Shown here one piece after another: positions 55,766 to 64,000 of a stretch of 64,000 bases of DNA (the first letter of the stretch is position 1; each line of letters opens with the position of its first letter). Source of the stretch: Desulfobulbaceae bacterium (lineage in GTDB: Bacteria > Desulfobacterota > Desulfobulbia > Desulfobulbales > Desulfocapsaceae); the NCBI GenBank assembly GCA_004796425.1, contig QZLB01000125.1, forward strand, positions 6,834 to 70,833, given 5' to 3'. The notes below the pieces were generated by a model. It was given only the letters and a program-made list of their open reading frames with translations, had not been told where the DNA came from and did not search any database. Position numbers and translations under genes: made by a program.

Positions 55766-55877
55766 ACAAGCCTCACTGCAATCTGTTTTCACTTTTTTGG
55801 CGATCCCCCGCGAGCGGGAAAACGGCCAGCGACCTCACCGGTTGATCAGAAAACGCACACTACGTAAGTTAGGGGTA

Positions 55878-56450
55878 TTACATCTCATCAATCCAGTTTC
55901 TAATTTGAGGCAAAAATTGGCAACATTCCTGCTCAAACTGGCGATAATATTTCTGAAGATCCTCACATGCGCTGCCCATTTGCGAGGGAAATCGTGCTCT
56001 TTGAGCCATTCCTGCAAAAACTATCTCCAAACCCTCGATCGTTTCATACCGCATAAGCCAGTCATGATCGATTATCTTCATCAGAGCCGTTCTTGCTTTA
56101 TCCGGTAATAGTGACTCATAATCTTGGAGCGTCGCGTAACAATCCTGAACGAAATCTGTCAATGATTGCTCACTATAATTATGCCAGTTGCGGGCCAAAA
56201 AGTGATCATAAAATATATCGATAATTACCGCTGAATAGTGCCGATGGCGTGACCACAGATGTGCTTTGCTTTTTTTAAATTGTGGATGCGCATTGGTGTA
56301 GCGGTCAATCGCCCGGTGCAGTTCTATGCCGCGATGAATATCTCCATGGTACCTTTGCGCCTGCTCACCGTCTACAAAGTCACCGAGAAAATTGCCGACC
56401 AATAGTTGGCTTGATGGACCTGAAAGATAGAGGTGTCCCAGAATATTCAT
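55878..56450 (-). CDS. acpH: Acyl carrier protein phosphodiesterase
   Basis: MNILGHLYLSG......GNFLGDFV is collinear with E. coli AcpH MNFLAHLHLA.....GNLLADFV. HR.ID, DHFL and W...Y are also conserved. Confidence 0.8.
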   Translation of the reverse strand: MNILGHLYLSGPSSQLLVGNFLGDFVDGEQAQRYHGDIHRGIELHRAIDRYTNAHPQFKKSKAHLWSRHRHYSAVIIDIFYDHFLARNWHNYSEQSLTDFVQDCYATLQDYESLLPDKARTALMKIIDHDWLMRYETIEGLEIVFAGMAQRARFPSQMGSACEDLQKYYRQFEQECCQFLPQIRNWIDEM

Positions 56451-56707
56451 CGGGCTACCAATCAATACTCAGGCAAACGTGCGCGACAACACGACAAATA
56501 TGTAACTCTTTGACGAGTTCGTCGTCTTTGTCGATATTGTTAAAGGTTTTTTTATGCTCCATCGTAGCACTATAAGCTCTTTTTCCTGGATAACGAGCGA
56601 TAATCTTTCCAGATAGCAATCTCCACGGGATCCATGGAACGAGCCTTGCAAAACCAGTGTTGAAATACCCTATTATTACCTGACAACAACTATGTAAGAG
56701 GAAACCA

Positions 56708-56950
56708 ATGAGAGAAACATGGGAAAAGATTTTTGAATACGCATCAATGCCGGTTCATGGAACATTATCGCGAAAATTAAGAAAAGATGTCACCCTCCAG
56801 GTCAACGAGAGCAGTGTTTTTGAAAAGGCCGTCATATTTCTCGGTGATAAATTTGTCAGAATCACGGCTGAAGAAGGCAACAAAGTAACCAATTCATATT
56901 ATGACTGGTCAGCGATTAACTCGATGAAAACATCCAGCCCCAAGGAGTAG
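56708..56950 (+). CDS. Hypothetical 80-aa protein
   Basis: ORF with AGAGGA 5 nt upstream of the ATG. No recognisable family. Confidence 0.35.
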   Translation: MRETWEKIFEYASMPVHGTLSRKLRKDVTLQVNESSVFEKAVIFLGDKFVRITAEEGNKVTNSYYDWSAINSMKTSSPKE

Positions 56951-56978
56951 TACTCTCTACTCTCCAAGCTAATCTGCG

Positions 56979-57989
56979 TTATCTCCCATGCCAGACATAT
57001 TCTTGAGATAACGGTAGACCAAGGGTCGATTCAACCACATACTGGGTGACCTTTTCTGATGAAAACTCCTGGTGATAATACTTACGACCCGCACCGCTTA
57101 CCTTTATTCTCAGCGCGTCATCCTCGTGGTACGCGCTGATTTTTTGGACAAGATCATCCTGATCCCGAAAAAACACGGCTTTCCCCTCCAGCATCTCCTG
57201 AAGCCCGGTCTTTTCATTGATAAACGTTAAAATCCCATTCCCCATAAGCTGAGCCAGGCGGGTCGAGGATGAGAGGTACTCTCCTTCTTTTCGGTTCAGG
57301 CTTAAACCCATTTTGGTCCCCGCCAGAACTGCATCGTATTGGGTCCCCCAGACTGCAGGACGGCCCAGGGCGCCGTACGTTTCAAAAACGATATGGGGCA
57401 CCCGTTTTTTCACTTGAGTTACCAATTCAAAGCGCGGATCACCAGCGCTGCCATTGCCGCAGAAAAGCAGATCCCGATCAAAGGTCGTTTTTTCGGAGTT
57501 GTCCATGGATTCAATGGCCCGGTCAACAGGATTGGGAATATAAGAAACTCTTGTTTTTGGCGTCTCAAATTGCTTGATCTGCTCCCCGGCAAGCGAGAGA
57601 AAAATATGGTCGACAACATTCTGTCTTTGATGAATTTTGGGCAGCGTCTTTGGCATATAGAGCGCATCGAAATTACGATACGCAATCCTGATAGATGGTA
57701 GAAGGCGGCGAATTTCAAGAAGTGTACTGTTTTCGATATTGTCACAGTGGGCGACCATGAGCATATCAGGTTTGAATTTCTCACACCCTTCGATCAGTTT
57801 ACGATTCAGCCGTTTTCGACCGAAGTACCTGATACCCAGTGGAGAATAAAAGACCCTGAGATCCCGGTCGCTGACATGCAACGTATCGTGACCATTACGG
57901 ATAAAACCATAATGAAATTTATGCTCGTTTCTTACCCGAGCCTCACCAATCCTGCGCAATTGATAATGCCCGATCTGGATAATTTTCAT
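56979..57989 (-). CDS. Glycosyltransferase, CgeB/DUF3880-like (GT1-fold)
   Basis: The N-terminus has MKIIQIG....KPDMLMVAH. The C-terminus has LLFCGNG, GLSLNRKE.....STRLAQLMGNG and the FF pattern of the Glyco_trans_1_2 type. Confidence 0.55.
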   Translation of the reverse strand: MKIIQIGHYQLRRIGEARVRNEHKFHYGFIRNGHDTLHVSDRDLRVFYSPLGIRYFGRKRLNRKLIEGCEKFKPDMLMVAHCDNIENSTLLEIRRLLPSIRIAYRNFDALYMPKTLPKIHQRQNVVDHIFLSLAGEQIKQFETPKTRVSYIPNPVDRAIESMDNSEKTTFDRDLLFCGNGSAGDPRFELVTQVKKRVPHIVFETYGALGRPAVWGTQYDAVLAGTKMGLSLNRKEGEYLSSSTRLAQLMGNGILTFINEKTGLQEMLEGKAVFFRDQDDLVQKISAYHEDDALRIKVSGAGRKYYHQEFSSEKVTQYVVESTLGLPLSQEYVWHGR

Positions 57990-58382
57990 ATCTTTCTCGC
58001 GTTCTCTCTCAGGTAGTTGCATCACTGGTAAGCCAGTTTATAGTGTGTCTGCTGCTCAGAAAAACTAGTCGCTTTAAGACCTGCTTTCAAGCAGTTTTGG
58101 CGAATTACTCACCGTTACGGAAACACCGCTACTCCCTTACCCGAAGGAAAAGAAATGGGGCGCTCATAATGTTGGTATGGATAGATTGAAAATATCACCG
58201 GAGCAAAACTTTGGTTGTTGTGCTGCTGAAATGCAGTATGCTCTGAGGAATTTTCTGATCTGAGATTGTAAGAGCCTCACCACCGCAACCGTCTTCTCAG
58301 ACTCGTTTGAAAGAAATCAGCAGATGAAAGTAAAATGTGTGTACATGAAGAAATAAATCCCGGAACTAGTCACAATCGCAAA

Positions 58383-59144
58383 ATGAATCAGTGGTTTGGT
58401 TTTGCCGGAGAACTTGTGGCCATGATGCCAGGTTCGAGCCATCCTGTACCGTTGCTTACCAATGCACCAGAACCACCACCGGGATTTAGGAATATACAAT
58501 TACTGGGAACCAATGGCCCCATCACCAGTTACGCTGCCGAAATCATAGAAAAAGCAGAACTTTCTGATGATCTGGAGCTTTATAATCCTCGTGCGCTCCT
58601 GCCCATAGTCGACCCAGAGCTCTTTTCTCTGCTCGGTCGAGCCAAGCAGATTATCCATTTTTACCGTACTCACCGTTTTTGCGGAAGCTGTGGGAAGGAA
58701 ATGACAAATATGCCAAGGGAAATTGCCCGAACGTGTGAAGTGTGTGGTTTGACCAATTACCCGAGACTATCACCGGTGGTGATCATGAGCGTAAAGAAGG
58801 ACGATACAATTCTGCTCGCCCGGTCCCCCCATTTTCCGAAATCGATGTTTTCATGTCTGGCTGGCTTTGTCGAACCTGGTGAAACAGTGGAACAGGCAGT
58901 TGCTCGAGAAGTATATGAAGAATGTGGGATTGGTGTTAAGGATATCCGTTACGTTCAGAGTCAGCCCTGGCCTTTTCCCCATTCACTCATGCTTGGCTTC
59001 ACGTCCAACTACCATGACGGTGAGATCAAAGTTGATCAGGTTGAAATCGAACAAGCCGCATGGTACTCCAAACACAACCTTCCTGTAATCCCCCATGGAA
59101 ATGCCATCGCCGGTCAATTGATTCGAATGGCACTTGATTTGTAG
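58383..59144 (+). CDS. nudC: NAD+ diphosphatase / NADH pyrophosphatase
   Basis: Zinc ribbon FCGSCG......CEVCG..YPR. Nudix box GFVEPGETVEQAVAREVYEECGI. The NudC-specific SQPWPFPHSLMLGF is present. The start codon is uncertain. Confidence 0.85.
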   Translation: MNQWFGFAGELVAMMPGSSHPVPLLTNAPEPPPGFRNIQLLGTNGPITSYAAEIIEKAELSDDLELYNPRALLPIVDPELFSLLGRAKQIIHFYRTHRFCGSCGKEMTNMPREIARTCEVCGLTNYPRLSPVVIMSVKKDDTILLARSPHFPKSMFSCLAGFVEPGETVEQAVAREVYEECGIGVKDIRYVQSQPWPFPHSLMLGFTSNYHDGEIKVDQVEIEQAAWYSKHNLPVIPHGNAIAGQLIRMALDL

Positions 59145-59254
59145 CAATCTGTCTGAAATCCCAATGAACTCTGCAGGACTCTTCTTGTTTATCCACTTCC
59201 GCATTTGTATTTGGCGATATTTTTATGCTTTAATGAGGGTGTGATTACCTCATT

Positions 59255-60325
59255 GTGATTTCAATTGGCACGGAGGATGAGCTGGTTGTGAATAGCGCGA
59301 ATGAAACAATTTTAATAACCGACGACGACCCGCAGATTAGAAAAGTAATTGCCTCCATTGTAGAAATGGAGGGCTACGCGTTCGAACTGGCAGCCAGCGG
59401 CGAAGAAGCTGCAGAAAAACTCACCCGGAATCAGTTTTCTCTGTTGATCAGCGATATTCAGATGGAAGGAATGAGCGGGGTGGAACTATTGCAGCATTGC
59501 CGGACTCATTACTCCGATATGGCAGTGATTATGGTAACCGGTGTAGACGACCGTACAACGGCAATCCGGACCCTTGAGCTTGGAGCTTATGGCTACGTAA
59601 CCAAACCATTCCATACCAATGAGCTGATTATCAATATAGCCAACGCTTTGAAAAGACGTGCCCTGGAGATGCAGAACCGGCGCCACAACGAAGAGCTTGA
59701 AACCCTGGTCAATGAACGAACTGAGGAACTGGTCCGCTCCCGAGAAGAGTCAATTCAAATATTATCCAAAGCAGCAGAGTTCAGAGACGATGAAACGGCA
59801 AGACACAACATCCGGATTGGTCTCTATTGCGATCATCTGGCTCGACTGGCAGGGTTCGCTGAACCATACTGCCAGCAATTAAAAACGGCCGCACCACTTC
59901 ATGATGTGGGAAAAATCGGGGTTCCCGACTCAATCCTCTTGAAACCGGGACATTTGACAGAAGAAGAATTTCGGATTGTCAAAACCCACCCTCGGATTGG
60001 TCACCGAATTTTATCCGGCTCTACTTCTGAAATTCTTCAGCTTGGGGCGGAAATTGCCCTGCACCACCATGAGCGATTTGATGGATCGGGCTACCCCGAT
60101 GGTCTGGCTGGTAACGATATTTCACTACCGGGCAGAATTACCGCAATTTGTGATGTATTTGATGCCCTGACGACGGAGCGGGTCTATAAAAGTGCCATTA
60201 AAACAGAGAAGGCGAAAACAATATTACTCAATGGCCGGGCAACCCATTTTGATCCACATTTGTTGGATCTGTTCATCGAAAACTTACATGACATCCTGGC
60301 CATTCGACAAACAATACTCGATTAA
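59255..60325 (+). CDS. Response regulator with an HD-GYP output domain (RpfG-like)
   Basis: The REC domain has ILITDDD...LLISDIQMEGMSG...KPF. HD-GYP motifs are HDVGKIGVPDSIL and HHHERFDGSGYPDGL. GTG start. Confidence 0.85.
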   Translation: MISIGTEDELVVNSANETILITDDDPQIRKVIASIVEMEGYAFELAASGEEAAEKLTRNQFSLLISDIQMEGMSGVELLQHCRTHYSDMAVIMVTGVDDRTTAIRTLELGAYGYVTKPFHTNELIINIANALKRRALEMQNRRHNEELETLVNERTEELVRSREESIQILSKAAEFRDDETARHNIRIGLYCDHLARLAGFAEPYCQQLKTAAPLHDVGKIGVPDSILLKPGHLTEEEFRIVKTHPRIGHRILSGSTSEILQLGAEIALHHHERFDGSGYPDGLAGNDISLPGRITAICDVFDALTTERVYKSAIKTEKAKTILLNGRATHFDPHLLDLFIENLHDILAIRQTILD

Positions 60326-60349
60326 GCACACACCCAGAGGAGCACTTCA

Positions 60350-60724
60350 GTGTCAGCCAATAAGCGAAGATTTACCCGTGTGGTTATAGAGATTCCAGCA
60401 ACCCTGGTTCTGCCAGGAGAGACCAGACTGACAACACAGAAATTAACCAATCTCAGCATGAGCGGTTGTCTCTTTCCTCATGAAAACGAGCCCATTGCCC
60501 AGGGAGCCGCGTGCCGCCTGGAAATCTATCTTGTTGAACCGGATCAGGGACCATCAATCGTTGTCGATGGGACGATTGCCAGATCTGAGCAGGGTTTTGC
60601 AGCGGTGAACTTTTCCTCAATTGAGCCCCAGAGCCTCTATCACCTGAAAAACCTGATTCGATACAACTCAAAAGATGTTGAAACGATTGAACAGGAATTT
60701 AACTCGCGTCCCGGAATTATTTAA
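60350..60724 (+). CDS. PilZ domain protein (c-di-GMP receptor)
   Basis: RRFTR (RxxxR) near the N-terminus and NLSMSGC (D/NxSxxG). Confidence 0.75.
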   Translation: MSANKRRFTRVVIEIPATLVLPGETRLTTQKLTNLSMSGCLFPHENEPIAQGAACRLEIYLVEPDQGPSIVVDGTIARSEQGFAAVNFSSIEPQSLYHLKNLIRYNSKDVETIEQEFNSRPGII

Positions 60725-62205
60725 TCCGTCGAAATATTGCTGATGTGCACCGTATTGCCGCCATTATTCTTCGCCTGATACATTGCCTTGTCGGCACGTC
60801 CCAGCATTGAATCAAGACTGTCTCCAGGATTGAACTCCGTAATTCCGCAGCTCACACTAATCCGCTGTAACTGCTCGTCTGTATCAGTGGAGGGAATCAT
60901 GGTATTTTCTGCCACATTTTTCCTGATTCGTTCGGCAACCATGCTGCTTTCTGCGGCAGTTAGCTGCGTCAGGATGACAAACTCATCTCCGCCCCAGCGA
61001 GACACAATATCTGTAGGTCTCACGGTCCTGCGAATCATCTCCGCTATCTGTTTCAAGACCAGATCACCGGTAAGATGACCAGACCGGTCATTGACCGCTT
61101 TGAACCCGTCAAGATCGATCAGCATCACGGAAAAGATAATACCGGTTCTACTATTGAGGTAGAGGGCCCGTTCAAATTCCTGTTGCAGAAGCCTTCGATT
61201 AGCAACTCCTGTTAATGAATCCCGGGTGGCCATTTCCTCAATTTTCTGCTGGTATCGCTTCGTGGTAAGGAGCGTAAGGACGAGCACGAGAACAGAAACT
61301 GCCAAACCGATCAGGATCGTTCTCAACAAATTCATGCGTGCCTGGGCAAGTGCTTTGGTTTCATTTTGCTCAACAAAGAGTACCCAGTCGATTTCTTTGA
61401 TAAAACGGGCCGTGAGTAAAATTTGTTGATTGTTTCGTCGAAATTCAAAGTCTTCGGGTTTTTCCCCCAGGGCCAGAAGCTCTGGAGCCAATTCTGCAAT
61501 ACCAGCCATCTGTGAGAGTTTTTGCGTTTCGATCAATTGTTTATCCTGGTGGACCTGTATCGTCCCACTACGGTCTGTCAGGTAGATCAGTCGGTCATAT
61601 CGCTTCTGGTAGTCGCTGATCAACCCTGCCAAGGTATCAACTTTTACCCCGACACCGGTTACGCCGAGCAACCTACCGGCCTGATTGTGCACTTTATAGT
61701 TGATAAAAACGGTCAACGTATTGTGGGAAGCCTCATCGTTATCGACATCAAGATCATAATCCCGATTATCCTTTTTAAAGCGGTAATACCAGACATCATG
61801 ATCATCATTGGGACTGATCACCTTGTGAATCCCTTTATAGTGATAGTAATTACCGCTTTTCTCAGAGACAAAAAAAGTGGTGAAAAATTGATACCGTTGC
61901 CTGATCTGCTCAAGATAGCGAACAATTCTCGATACATCGTGCTCGCCCTCCTCCGCCCACTCCTTAAGAAAGGTGTCCGTGGCCATACTCGAAGCCACCA
62001 GGACGGGTTTCATGATTTCAGCAATGATATCAGAATAGATATTATCCCGGGTGAGTGGCAGGTCTTTTTCTATAATTTCCTGATGAATCGCCTTGCGGGT
62101 GAGTGAATAGTTGATCAGGCTGGTCCCGACAAAGGCACTGATGAGAACCAGTGCCAGTACAAACAGCAACTTATTGCGGAGAAGATATAAAGTTTTGTGC
62201 CTCAT
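60721..62205 (-). CDS. Diguanylate cyclase with a periplasmic Cache-type sensor domain
   Basis: TM - Cache-like periplasmic domain - TM. The GGDEF domain has RDSLTGVANRR and an intact GGDEF. The I-site RPTD lies 5 residues upstream. Confidence 0.85.
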   Translation of the reverse strand: MRHKTLYLLRNKLLFVLALVLISAFVGTSLINYSLTRKAIHQEIIEKDLPLTRDNIYSDIIAEIMKPVLVASSMATDTFLKEWAEEGEHDVSRIVRYLEQIRQRYQFFTTFFVSEKSGNYYHYKGIHKVISPNDDHDVWYYRFKKDNRDYDLDVDNDEASHNTLTVFINYKVHNQAGRLLGVTGVGVKVDTLAGLISDYQKRYDRLIYLTDRSGTIQVHQDKQLIETQKLSQMAGIAELAPELLALGEKPEDFEFRRNNQQILLTARFIKEIDWVLFVEQNETKALAQARMNLLRTILIGLAVSVLVLVLTLLTTKRYQQKIEEMATRDSLTGVANRRLLQQEFERALYLNSRTGIIFSVMLIDLDGFKAVNDRSGHLTGDLVLKQIAEMIRRTVRPTDIVSRWGGDEFVILTQLTAAESSMVAERIRKNVAENTMIPSTDTDEQLQRISVSCGITEFNPGDSLDSMLGRADKAMYQAKNNGGNTVHISNISTD

Positions 62206-62223
62206 GCCCGGTGATTCCCGCCT

Positions 62224-62622
62224 CTATAACCTGCGACTCAAACAGAGATGTTCTAGTTGGGGCCCAACGATTTTCCAATCGACACAGGGCCGCGTAAATC
62301 CCTTCGGTTTAATCAGTGGACAACCGAAGGCCGAATCATCAACATAGATATCACCATAGACTTTGGGGCTGGTAGTCCAGTCTTTCTGGCTGGGATTGTT
62401 GTTAACACTGAACAAGCTCACTCCTTCGTTTTCCAGATAACGAACAGCGTCACTGAGTACATTGCCCATTTGCTCTGAATCTGATCTCATGGTGTACAGA
62501 ATCAGCCGGGCACCGCACTCATTAAGTCTCTTCAGCCATTTGATGGCGTGGGGAACCGGCTTTCCTATTTCAGGAAAACGGTGATCAACAACGGTCCCAT
62601 CAAAATCAACACAAATATACAT
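62224..62622 (-). CDS. Small HAD-superfamily phosphatase-like protein
   Basis: The N-terminal DFDGTV (DxDxT) motif, ILYTMRS and YVDD are consistent with a capless HAD fold. It ends 18 nt upstream of the GGDEF gene. Confidence 0.55.
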   Translation of the reverse strand: MYICVDFDGTVVDHRFPEIGKPVPHAIKWLKRLNECGARLILYTMRSDSEQMGNVLSDAVRYLENEGVSLFSVNNNPSQKDWTTSPKVYGDIYVDDSAFGCPLIKPKGFTRPCVDWKIVGPQLEHLCLSRRL

Positions 62623-62810
62623 AGTAATCCTTTGGTTTTAATTCCTGCGTGAGTCACCATCACTCAAATAGTATCAGGTTCAGGATATGAAAGTCTAGGA
62701 ATACAAAGGGGATTGGGGGAAATTGCTGCATTTGCAAATGATGGCAGACCACCGTGAATCACCCCTCTGGCAGTAGAGGTAAAAGGTGTAACAGCGAGCC
62801 GTACCAGTCC

Positions 62811-62844
62811 GCTGCATACCGTCGGTACCAACACGGTATGCAGC
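62811..62844 (-). terminator. 12-bp perfect-stem hairpin 20 nt downstream of ilvC (GCTGCATACCGT - 10 nt - ACGGTATGCAGC)
   Basis: Read from the sequence. There is no U-tract after the stem on the minus strand, so it is only a weak terminator candidate. Confidence 0.3.
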
Positions 62845-62864
62845 AGGGATTATCGAGTGACCGA

Positions 62865-64000
62865 TTACAGTATCGGCTTCATGGCACTCATGTAAGAGCG
62901 AAGCTCTTCGCCTATGGCCTCTACCTCGGTATAACGAATTGATTCGTTAACGTCAATTAAGTCAAGGTTATCGACGCTGGTGTCTTTGAGCTCCAATCCC
63001 TTTCCGATCACATCGACATCAACCGCTTTCATGAATCCTTCCAACAGGGGGACTGCCGCATTGGCAAAAAGATAGCAGCCATATTCCGCTGTATCGGAGA
63101 TTACCACGTTCATCTCATAGAGTTTTTTACGAGCGATCAGATTGGCAATCAGGGGTACCTCATGCAAGGACTCATAATATGCGGACTCTTCCTTGATGCC
63201 TGCCGAGACCATGGTATCAAAGGCCAGCTCAACGCCGGCTTTGACCATCGCCACCATCAGAATACCATGATCAAAATACTCCTGCTCAGGTATGTCGTCT
63301 GACATTGATTCAGCCTGCTCAAATGGCGTCTCCCCTGATTCTTTTCGCCAGTTCAAGAGATTCGCGTCATCCTGGGCCCAGTCCTCCATCATGGTCATTG
63401 AGAAATGGCCGGACATAATATCATCCATGTGCTTTTCAAATAGCGGCGTCAGAATGTTTTTCAACTCTTCGGCAAGCACATACGCTTTAATTTTAGCAGG
63501 GTTGGAAAGCCGGTCCATCATATTGGTAATGCCGCCATGTTTAAGCGCCTCGGTAACCACCTCCCAACCATACTGAACCAGCCTAGAAGCGTATCCCGAG
63601 TCGATTCCGTTGGCCACCATCTTGTCATAGCAAAGCAGTGACCCCGCCTGCAGCATGCCACAGAGAATCGTCTGCTCTCCCATTAAATCAGATTTTACCT
63701 CGGCGATAAAAGATGACTGCAAAACTCCGGCCCGGTCACCTCCGGTGCCGCATGCATAGGCCTTGGCAAGATCCCATCCCTCACCTTTGGGGTCATTCTC
63801 ACGATGAACAGCGATCAGTGTTGGAATACCAAAACCGCGAACGTACTCTTCCCGCAATTCGGTTCCCGGTCCTTTGGGTGCAACCATAATAACGGTGAGA
63901 TCCTTTCTGATCTGCATCCCTTCTTCAACAATGTTGAATCCGTGGGAGTATGAAATACAGGCTCCCTCTTTCATCAGTGGCATAAAGGTTGAGACAGCAT
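62865..64000 (-). CDS. ilvC: Ketol-acid reductoisomerase, long (class II) form; 5' end beyond the window
   Basis: Nearly collinear with E. coli IlvC from ...MPLMK.GA...YSHGFNIVE through [22 protein letters not shown] to YESLHE.PLIAN.IARK.LYEMN. The frame stays open to base 64000. Confidence 0.9.
   Translation of the reverse strand, partial: AVSTFMPLMKEGACISYSHGFNIVEEGMQIRKDLTVIMVAPKGPGTELREEYVRGFGIPTLIAVHRENDPKGEGWDLAKAYACGTGGDRAGVLQSSFIAEVKSDLMGEQTILCGMLQAGSLLCYDKMVANGIDSGYASRLVQYGWEVVTEALKHGGITNMMDRLSNPAKIKAYVLAEELKNILTPLFEKHMDDIMSGHFSMTMMEDWAQDDANLLNWRKESGETPFEQAESMSDDIPEQEYFDHGILMVAMVKAGVELAFDTMVSAGIKEESAYYESLHEVPLIANLIARKKLYEMNVVISDTAEYGCYLFANAAVPLLEGFMKAVDVDVIGKGLELKDTSVDNLDLIDVNESIRYTEVEAIGEELRSYMSAMKPIL

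Noticed and set aside
1-64000. A search by eye for CRISPR arrays, tRNA or rRNA genes, IS elements or transposases, integrases, prophage genes, toxin-antitoxin pairs, in-frame TGA (selenocysteine) and programmed frameshifts.
   Set aside because: I saw none: no regularly spaced direct repeats, no cloverleaf-like or rRNA-like conserved stretches in intergenic regions, no recombinase-like ORFs, and no split genes other than the possible SBP remnant. A tRNAscan, Infernal or ISfinder run would be needed to be certain.

Overview
This is a gene-dense chromosomal segment with about 55 protein-coding genes. I recognised no rRNA, tRNA, CRISPR array, transposase or integrase. The host is Gram-negative, judged from an RND/TolC-type efflux system, lipoprotein and outer-membrane-protein signatures. 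RstAB-like, AcpH, NudC and long-form (class II) IlvC genes hint at a Gammaproteobacterium, but only at low confidence.

Gene content in order:
- Tail of a phosphonate C-P lyase cluster (phnG'-phnL-phnM), followed by a TIM-barrel isomerase and a hexapeptide acetyltransferase.
- A putative outer-membrane barrel.
- A FIST-PAS-PP2C sensor phosphatase and a CBS protein.
- A minus-strand block: small membrane protein, FGE-sulfatase domain protein, DUF5706/PycTM-like membrane protein, GH26-like hydrolase and an EEP-family enzyme.
- A CoA-disulfide-reductase/rhodanese fusion.
- A seven-gene RND efflux operon ending in an RstA/RstB-like two-component system, preceded by a perfect RstA-box match.
- A compact operon of a ParG-like RHH protein, a CHAD protein, a ParA ATPase and a DIPP-like Nudix. 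This is my top candidate for an undescribed system, possibly polyphosphate-granule positioning.
- Several hybrid histidine kinases, two further OmpR-type two-component systems, and c-di-GMP genes (two HD-GYP, one PilZ, one Cache-GGDEF).
- Glycerate 2-kinase.
- A surface-glycan cluster: fcl, a Wzy_C-type protein, two GT-C-like proteins, a GT2, a DUF288/STELLO-like protein and an SGNH hydrolase.
- The Anbu proteasome-homolog operon (ATP-grasp, alpha-E, Anbu, transglutaminase).
- acpH, nudC, a HAD-like protein, and the 3' part of ilvC.

All domain calls come from motif recognition by eye and from remembered family signatures, not from HMM or BLAST searches. Start codons were refined by eye and may be off.
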